Assembly: GCA_016182495.1 (NCBI GenBank)
Contig: JACPGK010000020.1
Location: 1-62,218, forward strand
Direction: 5' to 3'
Length of the DNA: 62,218 bases
From: Candidatus Kerfeldbacteria bacterium
Lineage (GTDB): Bacteria; Patescibacteriota; Patescibacteriia; UBA9570
Below, in pieces: positions 21,952 to 29,011 of the stretch. The notes beneath the pieces are model-generated. The model was given only the letters and a program-made list of their open reading frames with translations. It was not told the DNA's origin and ran no database searches. Each line of letters opens with the position of its first letter. Position 1 is the stretch's first letter. The position numbers and the translations under genes were made by a program.

Positions 21952-23137
21952 TCTAACGCGCCCCCAAGATTATCAACAAGCCTTACGTAGTGGGGCAGAT
22001 TATGTAGAGTTGCGTACGGATTATTTTACCGATCAACAACTCAAACACTTTGTGGAACATAGCACGTTGCCCGTGATCTACACCATCAAACGTCCCACAG
22101 CTTATTTACCCAAGGTTGCCTATGTAGACATAGATGATCAATCCAAACAACATCTTTCAGGAAAAGTTATTCGGTCTTTTCATGATTATAAACGCACTCC
22201 CCATTTTTCAACATTAAATCAGCTGGTGCAGAGCATCTTAAAACAAAAATCAATTCCAAAAATTGCTACGCACGTTCAGACAGTAGCTGATCTTTATACG
22301 TTAGCCAGACTGCAAAAGAAATATGGTAAAAAGATTATTGTGGTTGGCATGGGCGAATTAGGCATGATGACCAGAGTGTATAACAAAAGTTTATTGACGT
22401 ATGCTAGCGTTTCTAGAGCTGCCACTACAGCCACCGGACAGTTAACGATGAAGGAAATGAAGACCACTCAACTATTTGGTTTAGTTGGTGATGCTATCCA
22501 ACATAGTTTAAGTCCAAAGCTGCATCAGCAGTTTTATCGGCAAAAGCATTTACCGTATGATTATCAATTATGGGAAACAGTTGATTTGGCAAAGATGATG
22601 TTTGTGTTTGATTTTTTTGAACTACCAGGTGCGTCGGTAACCAAGCCATTCAAACGTCAGGTGATGCAGTATTGTGATCAGATTGATCGGCATGCCAAAA
22701 AAATTGGGGCAGTCAATACGGTAGTGCGCCGGGGCAACACGTTGCTTGGTTATAATACCGATTGGCTTGGTGTACAAAACAGTATTGGTCGTTACCTAAC
22801 AGGTAAACGAGTGTTGATACTAGGTAGAGGTGGCACAGCCAAAGCCATAGCTTATGCCGCCAAACAAGCTGGATCAAAAAAAATAACCATGCTGGGTCAT
22901 CAACAATTACCAACTAGCACAACTGATTATGATGTTGTCGTGAATGCTACTCCAGTAGGTGATCAATTATTAGTGCCAGCCAATAGTTTAAAAGGTAAAG
23001 TGGTGATGGATTGTATTTATGGTCAGCAGACTGAATTATTGAAACAGGCCAGGTATAATGGTGCCAAGGTTGTGCTCGATGGCCTGCCTATGTTACGGTA
23101 TCAAGCAACAGAACAGTTTAGATTAATGAAAGTTTGA
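21938..23137 (+). CDS. aroE: Fused type I dehydroquinase and shikimate dehydrogenase (AroD-AroE)
   Basis: VELRTD, SFHDY, GMGELG, then HSLSP, VTKPFK, GAVNT, NTD, NATP. Confidence 0.9.
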   Translation: MIAVSLTRPQDYQQALRSGADYVELRTDYFTDQQLKHFVEHSTLPVIYTIKRPTAYLPKVAYVDIDDQSKQHLSGKVIRSFHDYKRTPHFSTLNQLVQSILKQKSIPKIATHVQTVADLYTLARLQKKYGKKIIVVGMGELGMMTRVYNKSLLTYASVSRAATTATGQLTMKEMKTTQLFGLVGDAIQHSLSPKLHQQFYRQKHLPYDYQLWETVDLAKMMFVFDFFELPGASVTKPFKRQVMQYCDQIDRHAKKIGAVNTVVRRGNTLLGYNTDWLGVQNSIGRYLTGKRVLILGRGGTAKAIAYAAKQAGSKKITMLGHQQLPTSTTDYDVVVNATPVGDQLLVPANSLKGKVVMDCIYGQQTELLKQARYNGAKVVLDGLPMLRYQATEQFRLMKV

Positions 23138-23140
23138 ATT

Positions 23141-24115
23141 ATGCCCGGTAATACCTTTGGAACAATTTTTCGCTTAACTACTTGGGGTGAATCTCATGGT
23201 GTTGCTATTGGCGGAGTAATAGATGGCTGCCCGGCTGACATTGCTTTATGTGCAGCTGATATTCAAAAAGATCTCGATCGCCGTAAGCCTGGTCAAAGCA
23301 GTATTACCAGTGCTCGCAAGGAACCTGATACAGTGCAAATTTTGTCTGGCGTGTTTCAGGGCAAAACTACCGGTACGCCAATTAGTCTGATTATGTACAA
23401 TCAAGATCAACGCTCCAAAGATTACGAAAAGCTAGTATACAAATATCGTCCTGGTCATGCTGATGAAGTATACGATTTGAAATATGGCTGGCGTGATTAT
23501 CGTGGCGGTGGGCGAGCCAGTGCCCGTGAAACGGCTATCCGTGTAGCCGCTGGCGCCATTGCCAAAAAAATCTTGCCCCGAAAAACCGCAGTGATTGCCT
23601 ACACCAAACAAATTCAAGATTTAGTTGTCACCACACCAAAATTGAATCAGATTGAACAAAACACCGTGCGTGCAGCTGATAACGTCATTGCCAAAAAAAT
23701 GGTGGCACTGATTAAAACGGCTATGCGCCAACAGGATTCGTTAGGCGGTGTGATTGAAATTGTAATCAAACATTGCCCGATAGGATTAGGCGAACCGGTA
23801 TTTGATAAATTGAAAGCCGATTTGGCCAAAGCTTTATTAAGTATCAATGCTGTAGTCGGATTTGAATATGGCGCTGGCTTTGGCGTGGCGCAGTTGTACG
23901 GTTCAGAACATAATAAAATTGAAGTGGGGATGTATGGCGGTATTTCGAATGGAAAAACGATAACTATGCGTGTGGCGGTGAAACCAACTTCATCCATAAA
24001 AATAGGCGGCCGGCACGATCCATGTTTATTGCCGCGGGCTGTGCCAATTTGTGAAGCCATGGTTAATGTGGTGTTAGCGGATCATTATTTACGGAATGCC
24101 ACTGCTACCGTATGA
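23141..24115 (+). CDS. aroC: Chorismate synthase
   Basis: [28 protein letters not shown]. Confidence 0.97.
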   Translation: MPGNTFGTIFRLTTWGESHGVAIGGVIDGCPADIALCAADIQKDLDRRKPGQSSITSARKEPDTVQILSGVFQGKTTGTPISLIMYNQDQRSKDYEKLVYKYRPGHADEVYDLKYGWRDYRGGGRASARETAIRVAAGAIAKKILPRKTAVIAYTKQIQDLVVTTPKLNQIEQNTVRAADNVIAKKMVALIKTAMRQQDSLGGVIEIVIKHCPIGLGEPVFDKLKADLAKALLSINAVVGFEYGAGFGVAQLYGSEHNKIEVGMYGGISNGKTITMRVAVKPTSSIKIGGRHDPCLLPRAVPICEAMVNVVLADHYLRNATATV

Positions 24116-24669
24116 TCATAGCCGTAGCCGGTAATCAGGGCAGTTTTTCACATCAAGCTGGGCAATTGTATGCCACTGGCCAGCAATTGGCTGATGTTCA
24201 GTTTGTGTATGCTATTGATAGCGCTGGAGTGTTTGCCGCTGTACAAACTGGTGCGGCCGAATTAGGCATTATGCCCTTGTATAATCCCACGGGCGGAATA
24301 GTGCAAATGACACTGCAAGCTATGGGTGAACATCGTTTCAAAACTGTGGCTTCGTTCACTATGCCGGTGCAACACTGTTTGCTGTGCTTACCCAATGTGC
24401 GGCCCGATGAACTAAAAACTATTGTGTCGCACGAACAAGCCTTGGCCCAATGTCGGCAGTATGTCGATGTGAATTGGCCAGAGTGTCAGTTGCAACCCTA
24501 TAGCGATACTGCTCAAGCCGCTGCTGATTTAGCTGCTGGTAAATTTGCGCTGGAAACAGCTGTGTTGGCTCCAAAAATGTGCGTGGAATTATATGGTTTG
24601 CGCTTGATTGCCGAAGGGGTGCAAGATGATAAAAGTAATGGAACGGTGTTTATAGTGATTGGCTCATAA
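24112..24669 (+). CDS. pheA: Prephenate dehydratase, catalytic domain only (no ACT domain)
   Basis: [22 protein letters not shown]; ends just after the TRF-equivalent (here TVF). Confidence 0.8.
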   Translation: MIIAVAGNQGSFSHQAGQLYATGQQLADVQFVYAIDSAGVFAAVQTGAAELGIMPLYNPTGGIVQMTLQAMGEHRFKTVASFTMPVQHCLLCLPNVRPDELKTIVSHEQALAQCRQYVDVNWPECQLQPYSDTAQAAADLAAGKFALETAVLAPKMCVELYGLRLIAEGVQDDKSNGTVFIVIGS

Positions 24670-24672
24670 TGT

Positions 24673-25629
24673 ATGAACATAGCAATAATAGGCGCTGGTC
24701 GTTTCGGCACAGTATTACAAAAACATTTATCAACGGATAATGATGTGGTGATGGTAGGAGTAGAGTATCATTCTGCCCTTACCTCGGAATTATCGGAATG
24801 CAACCTAATCATTTTTGCGGTACCCAATCGTGCCTTGGCTGAAGCGGTTCAACAATGGAAACCGTTGATATCTGATACAGCCATTATTATGGATGTTGGT
24901 TCAGTCAAACTGTTGCCCTGCCAAATTTTATTAGAAGCTTTTCCCGAGCATAATGTCATCGGTACGCATCCATTATTCGGACCCGACAGTGCAGCTGAAT
25001 CATGGGACGGTCAAAAAATGGTGTGGTGTAAATTACACTGTGCCGACGATATCTATAACAATGTCCAAACATTATTTACCAGCCGTGGTGTTACTACTAT
25101 TGAAACTACACCGGAACAGCACGATCACATGATGGCGCAAACTCAAGCTCTGGTTCATTTTATTGGCCGGGCACTAACCGGTTTACAACCTCAAACTATT
25201 GCCACACCCGATTACGCTAATTTACTGCGCATGATGGAAAAAGTGACCAATGATACCTGGGAGTTATTTTATGATATGCAAAATTTAAATCCGTATACCA
25301 AACCGGTGCGGCAAGAATTTATAAAAAATATTGAAAAGTTGGAACAGGAGATTAAGAAAGAAAGCCAGGGTGAAAAATCGATTAATGAAATCCGTTCCCA
25401 AATAGATACTATCGATGAACAGATTGTGGCCCTGGTGGGGGAGCGGTTCAAATTGGCGCAACAGATTGGGCAACGTAAAAAAGATATTCAAGCTGACGTT
25501 CAAGACCCAAAACGCGAAACTGAATTATATTTGCGCATGCACCAGTTATCGCAACAATACCAGGTGCCGTTAGAAGTGGTGACACATCTCTATGATTATT
25601 TAATGGATCAAGCTCGCCGGATGCAATAA
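24673..25629 (+). CDS. tyrA: Prephenate dehydrogenase fused to C-terminal AroQ chorismate mutase
   Basis: GAGRFG, DVGSVK, HPLFGP, HDHMMA; C-terminal IRSQIDTID...R...IG..K...DPKRE. Confidence 0.9.
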   Translation: MNIAIIGAGRFGTVLQKHLSTDNDVVMVGVEYHSALTSELSECNLIIFAVPNRALAEAVQQWKPLISDTAIIMDVGSVKLLPCQILLEAFPEHNVIGTHPLFGPDSAAESWDGQKMVWCKLHCADDIYNNVQTLFTSRGVTTIETTPEQHDHMMAQTQALVHFIGRALTGLQPQTIATPDYANLLRMMEKVTNDTWELFYDMQNLNPYTKPVRQEFIKNIEKLEQEIKKESQGEKSINEIRSQIDTIDEQIVALVGERFKLAQQIGQRKKDIQADVQDPKRETELYLRMHQLSQQYQVPLEVVTHLYDYLMDQARRMQ

Positions 25630-25635
25630 TTGCTC

Positions 25636-25664
25636 TTGACATGAAAATACTGTATTAGTACACT
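25636..25664 (+). promoter_or_regulatory. Sigma70 promoter
   Basis: TTGACA 25636-25641, 17 bp, TACACT 25659-25664. Confidence 0.85.
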
Positions 25665-25675
25665 ACTATTAACTT

Positions 25676-25783
25676 ATGCATCAACTAGCCGTTTGTGTAA
25701 CCTTTAACTGGAACCTCCGCAAGGTAGGTACTATTAATATTACAGTTAGCCAGCGGGTTAAAACGGACTATGCTCATGCTTAA
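25676..25783 (+). CDS. Candidate leader peptide MHQLAVCVTFNWNLRKVGTINITVSQRVKTDYAHA
   Basis: ATG begins 12 nt after the -10 end, the same spacing as the aromatic leader; its 3' part covers the 5' arm of an antiterminator. Confidence 0.5.
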   Translation: MHQLAVCVTFNWNLRKVGTINITVSQRVKTDYAHA

Positions 25784-25843
25784 GTAAACAGAGTAGCTAG
25801 TAGAGAATAACCGTTTTAACCCGCTGACCAGCGGGATTTTTTT
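25751..25843 (+). terminator. Mutually exclusive antiterminator and intrinsic terminator
   Basis: Perfect 16-bp stem CAGCGGGTTAAAACGG 25751-25766 / CCGTTTTAACCCGCTG 25811-25826 competes with CCCGCT-gacc-AGCGGG 25820-25835 plus T7. Confidence 0.8.
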
Positions 25844-25880
25844 GAAGTTCAATCCGCCCTTTGTCAATTAGGAGGAAGTA

Positions 25881-26435
25881 TAGGCAACGTAGTATAAACC
25901 GGGAGTGAGATAAGGTCACTATTATTATATTGGCTTTATTCCACTCCCGGTTGGCAGACAAAGACTGTCCTGCCGGGAAAGCCGGGTACACACTTCACCG
26001 TGCGTGCCCACCGGAGAACGACCCCATGACCCCTGAGAAGTACCTGCAGCGCAAGACCATCGCTCGAACCAACAAGCTCCTCCGCCTGGCCTGGCTGGAG
26101 CTCAACGCTCCGCTCAAGTTCCAGTTCAAGGTCCAGGGCTGGAAGTCCGAGATCATGAAGCTGGCGGAGCTGGTCGGTTCGGGTATCACGTTCGAAGATG
26201 TTCGAGTGTTCGCTGTGCAGGTGGGAGTGAACGTGGAGGAGGTGCTCTCGCACCCCTTCCCGTGGGCCCCCAAGCCCACCCCCCGCCGGCCGCCGCACGA
26301 CTGCTACGACTATTCGAACATCTGATATTTAAATAGCGCATTCAGCGCGGAAGGTTGTAGGGGTATTAGGCCCTGCATGTGGAATCATCCACAAGGCAAC
26401 CCTGTTTAACGACCTCCCCCGGACTACGTTGCCTA
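25881..26435 (+). repeat. Long-range inverted repeat enclosing an orphan ORF
   Basis: TAGGCAACGTAGT 25881-25893 / ACTACGTTGCCTA 26423-26435, extendable by CCGGG/CCCGG across a 5-nt bulge. Confidence 0.8.
26026..26325 (+). CDS. GC-rich 99-aa hypothetical protein
   Basis: SD GGAG 26013-26016, ATG 26026, strong G/C third-position bias unlike its neighbours. Confidence 0.7.
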   Translation: MTPEKYLQRKTIARTNKLLRLAWLELNAPLKFQFKVQGWKSEIMKLAELVGSGITFEDVRVFAVQVGVNVEEVLSHPFPWAPKPTPRRPPHDCYDYSNI

Positions 26436-26543
26436 CCTTCTTGTGTGAAGAACTTAACCCTAGAGGTGACGAGGTTCTGCATACAAACCAGGTAAACATT
26501 CCGGCTTCACAACTCCTTTAATTCCCAGTACACTGCTACCAGT

Positions 26544-27638
26544 ATGCAGCGCTTGTTAAAAAATTTTTTACGGTTGGTAAAAATTTCTAGCCCATCAGGT
26601 AGCGAGGCAGTGATTCGTAAAGTAATGATTACTCAACTTCGCCAGTTGGGTGTAAAAATTACCGTCGATCACGCCGGTAATGTCATTGGCCGGCTGGCCG
26701 GATACGGCCAGTTAAAATCAGCCCCACCGTATTTGTTATCGGCTCATTTAGATACAGTTCAACCGTGTAGTAAAGTAAAACCGGTAGTGCGCGGCAGTGT
26801 TATTATGTCGGATGGCAGCACCATTTTAGGAGCCGATGATAAAGCCGGTTTAAGCATTATTATAGAAGTGTTACAGCAGTTACATGATCAGCCGGTGGCT
26901 CACCTACCACTTGAGATTGTGTTGACTGTTGGTGAAGAAACCTACACCGCTGGCGCTCGCCAACTTGATATCAGCAAATTACATTCCGCTACCGGTGTGA
27001 CAGTGGATGGCACTACCATTAACTGCCTGAACAATGCGTCACCCGGCATTGCCTTAATTGATGTAACAGTGCAAGGCAAAGCTGCTCATTCGGGTATGGA
27101 GCCTGAACAAGGGATTAGTGCCATTCACATTGCTGCCGCTGGCATTGCCCGCATGAAACTTGGCCGCATTTCAAGCAGCACTACTGCTAACATCGGGTTT
27201 ATTAGTGGTGGCAGCAATCGTAATTCCATTCCTGATCGCGTTACCATTCAAGGTGAAGTGCGCAGTCATTCACCCGTGCAGTTAGAACAGCAACTCGAGC
27301 GCATGCACAAAGCGTTAGAAGATGCCGCTGAACAGTATGGTGGTACTTTGCATATTAACAGCCAGTTCGTAGTACCAAGTTACAGCTTAAAACCAATTAA
27401 TCCAGCTTTGCGCAAAGTACGCACGGTGTTAGAACGCCAGCTTGGGCAAGCGGTTGATTTAATCCAAAGTTGCGGTGTATCCGATGCCAATATTTTTAAC
27501 CATAAAGGTATTACCGTGGTTGATGTTGGTACCGGCGTGCAGCGGCCACATACGGTAGCCGAGCAGATTGATTTACGTGATATGGAAATGATTACCCGAG
27601 TGGTGTTTGATTTAATTGACACAAGCAATGTCTTTTGA
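26544..27638 (+). CDS. M20 family metallopeptidase (peptidase T-like / YqjE)
   Basis: SAHLDTV, GADDKAG, GEE, GKAAHSG, SDAN, PHT..E; upstream TTCACA-17-TACACT 26506-26534. Confidence 0.92.
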   Translation: MQRLLKNFLRLVKISSPSGSEAVIRKVMITQLRQLGVKITVDHAGNVIGRLAGYGQLKSAPPYLLSAHLDTVQPCSKVKPVVRGSVIMSDGSTILGADDKAGLSIIIEVLQQLHDQPVAHLPLEIVLTVGEETYTAGARQLDISKLHSATGVTVDGTTINCLNNASPGIALIDVTVQGKAAHSGMEPEQGISAIHIAAAGIARMKLGRISSSTTANIGFISGGSNRNSIPDRVTIQGEVRSHSPVQLEQQLERMHKALEDAAEQYGGTLHINSQFVVPSYSLKPINPALRKVRTVLERQLGQAVDLIQSCGVSDANIFNHKGITVVDVGTGVQRPHTVAEQIDLRDMEMITRVVFDLIDTSNVF

Positions 27639-27644
27639 TAGTCT
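27616..27644 (+). promoter_or_regulatory. Sigma70 promoter
   Basis: TTGACA 27616-27621, 17 bp, TG-a-TAGTCT 27639-27644. Confidence 0.75.
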
Positions 27645-27773
27645 GTGCGGCAATATTGTTATTGCATCCAGGAGCGTGTTTATAAGGCTTTTTTGTAGCT
27701 ATACTTGTAAATACACTCCCGGCTGCGCACCCGAAGAACTGGGTCGCGTGTTGCCCGGGGGAGCAAGAAGATC

Positions 27774-27923
27774 ATGACCACTCCCACTCCATCCACCCCT
27801 CCCGACCATCCTCCGACCCCTACCCCCACCCCCGTTCCCGCCGCGCCCCTGGTCACTCCGCCGCCCCCCCCGCGGAACGTCTCCCCCCAGGATGAGGAGG
27901 CGTGGCGCCACCACTTCGAGTGA
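27774..27923 (+). CDS. 49-aa Pro/Thr-rich small protein MTTPTPSTPPDHPPTPTPTPVPAAPLVTPPPPPRNVSPQDEEAWRHHFE (below ORF-track cutoff)
   Basis: Own promoter, structured leader, SD GGAG 27760-27763, GC-rich codons, strong hairpin after the stop. Confidence 0.6.
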   Translation: MTTPTPSTPPDHPPTPTPTPVPAAPLVTPPPPPRNVSPQDEEAWRHHFE

Positions 27924-27933
27924 CAACCGGGAA

Positions 27934-27967
27934 GGGGACGGTACGCTACACTAAGCGCGCCGTCCCC
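27934..27967 (+). terminator. Strong 3' hairpin without a clear U tract
   Basis: GGGGACGGT 27934-27942 / GCCGTCCCC 27959-27967 with inner CGCT/AGCG. Confidence 0.55.
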
Positions 27968-28078
27968 AACCCCCTTCTAATAAAATTTTCAAAATACATC
28001 ACCATGGCAGCATTTTTCACCTAACCTTTGCCGTTTTCTTGTCAATGCTGGCCGGTGCACATTCTGTAGAAAAAAGCA

Positions 28079-28107
28079 TTGAAATTACTGGCCAAAAATG
28101 ATACACT
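28079..28107 (+). promoter_or_regulatory. Sigma70 promoter of the ncRNA
   Basis: TTGAAA 28079-28084, 17 bp, TG-a-TACACT 28102-28107. Confidence 0.8.
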
Positions 28108-28112
28108 ACCAT

Positions 28113-28280
28113 TGCCTTATCTTGAACCTTACACCACTTTCTACAATCCTTTCTCTTCGGGAGTCTAACATCGTTGTGATCTAGTGAGACGACAACCATT
28201 CAGCCGTTGTTTCAAATGATTGCACCTGCAGACACCCACCTAAAACCAGAGGGGAGTGGATTTGGTCTCGGATAAGGCCC
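28113..28280 (+). ncRNA. ssrS: Probable 6S RNA
   Basis: Rod fold: GCCTTATC 28114-28121/GATAAGGC 28271-28278; CCACTTTCT/GGGGAGTGG; central bubble; GGGAGTCT 28159-28166/AGACACCC(ACCT) 28230-28241 resembling the Firmicutes 6S motif; inner TGAGACGAC/GTTGTTTCA; own promoter and terminator. Confidence 0.75.
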
Positions 28281-28287
28281 AAATGAT

Positions 28288-28311
28288 CCCAGCACACTGC
28301 TGGGGTTTTTT
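28288..28311 (+). terminator. Intrinsic terminator
   Basis: CCCAGCA-cac-TGCTGGG followed by GTTTTTT. Confidence 0.85.
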
Positions 28312-28319
28312 GTAACTAA

Positions 28320-28422
28320 AACCTCATCCCCGACCCTTCTCCTATTTAGGAGAAGGGTGCCCGTACAGCAATATTCCCCCCCCTTCTCTTCAGTAGGAGA
28401 AGGGGGTTAGGGGGATGAGGTT
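28320..28422 (+). repeat. Nested palindromic REP-like element
   Basis: Outer IR AACCTCATCCCC/GGGGATGAGGTT enclosing two related hairpins, CCCTTCTCCT..AGGAGAAGGG and CCCCCTTCTCTT..AGGAGAAGGGGG. Confidence 0.8.
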
Positions 28423-28493
28423 CTTGAAGATAACAGGCAAATCTGTTAAACTTGTTAAAGTAATGATGAGCGCTCCCGGATGGGGGCTTTTTT

Positions 28494-28889
28494 ATGCGCT
28501 ATTATCAAAGTACTGCTCAAGAACGTCAGTTGCAAAAACAACTTCAAATACTAGCACAACAGTTGCGTTACGAACCTACTTTGGCAGAGCAGTTATTGTG
28601 GCAGTATTTAAAGGGTTATAAGACGTTTCCAGTACGATTTCGACGCCAATATGTAATTCATACTTTTATTGTCGATTTTTGTTGTGTTGCTAAAAAATTA
28701 GTGATCGAACTAGATGGAGCAATACATAACAAGCAACGAATTCGAGATCATGCCCGAGATGATATTTTAAAACAGTATGGTTTTACAGTACTACGCTTCA
28801 GTAATGAAGCAGTACTCTATACTATTAATGCTGTAGTAGAAAAAATTTCCTCACTCCTGAAAAGAAGAGGAATACAAGGGAGGGGTTAA
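28494..28889 (+). CDS. DUF559 / Vsr-like endonuclease domain protein
   Basis: LR..PT.AE..LW..L, FRRQ, FIVDF, IELDG..H, RD..L...G..VLRF. Confidence 0.92.
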   Translation: MRYYQSTAQERQLQKQLQILAQQLRYEPTLAEQLLWQYLKGYKTFPVRFRRQYVIHTFIVDFCCVAKKLVIELDGAIHNKQRIRDHARDDILKQYGFTVLRFSNEAVLYTINAVVEKISSLLKRRGIQGRG

Positions 28890-29011
28890 GATAGGGGAAG
28901 TGGGACGATGAGGTGTTTATGTTAACGTCCATTGACATAAACGTAAAAATCGGCACAATGTGTGGGCTTTCAACAGCCGCTGCCTGACGGACGGCGGACA
29001 AAGGAGATCAC

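Noticed and set aside
25881-26435. MITE or IS with terminal inverted repeats
   Set aside because: No target-site duplication or transposase visible; kept only as an RNA fold-back hypothesis
25844-26512. RNase P RNA resemblance (GGAAAGCCGGG at 25976 could pair with TCCGGCTT at 26500, like helix P4)
   Set aside because: The bulged U of P4 is absent, I found no P1-P3 or CR II-IV motifs, and a coding-biased ORF lies between the arms
25670-26512. Group I/II intron, HEARO/omega RNA, T-box or ZTP riboswitch
   Set aside because: Only isolated short look-alike words (GACTAC, GTGCG, CCACCGGAGAACGACCCC); no ordered core motifs, no domain V, no T-box sequence, and no RT, IscB or HNH gene
28017-28045. 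Minus-strand promoters (TTGACA at 28045 and 25868) that could make antisense antitoxin RNAs
   Set aside because: No acceptable -10 hexamer at 16-18 bp spacing
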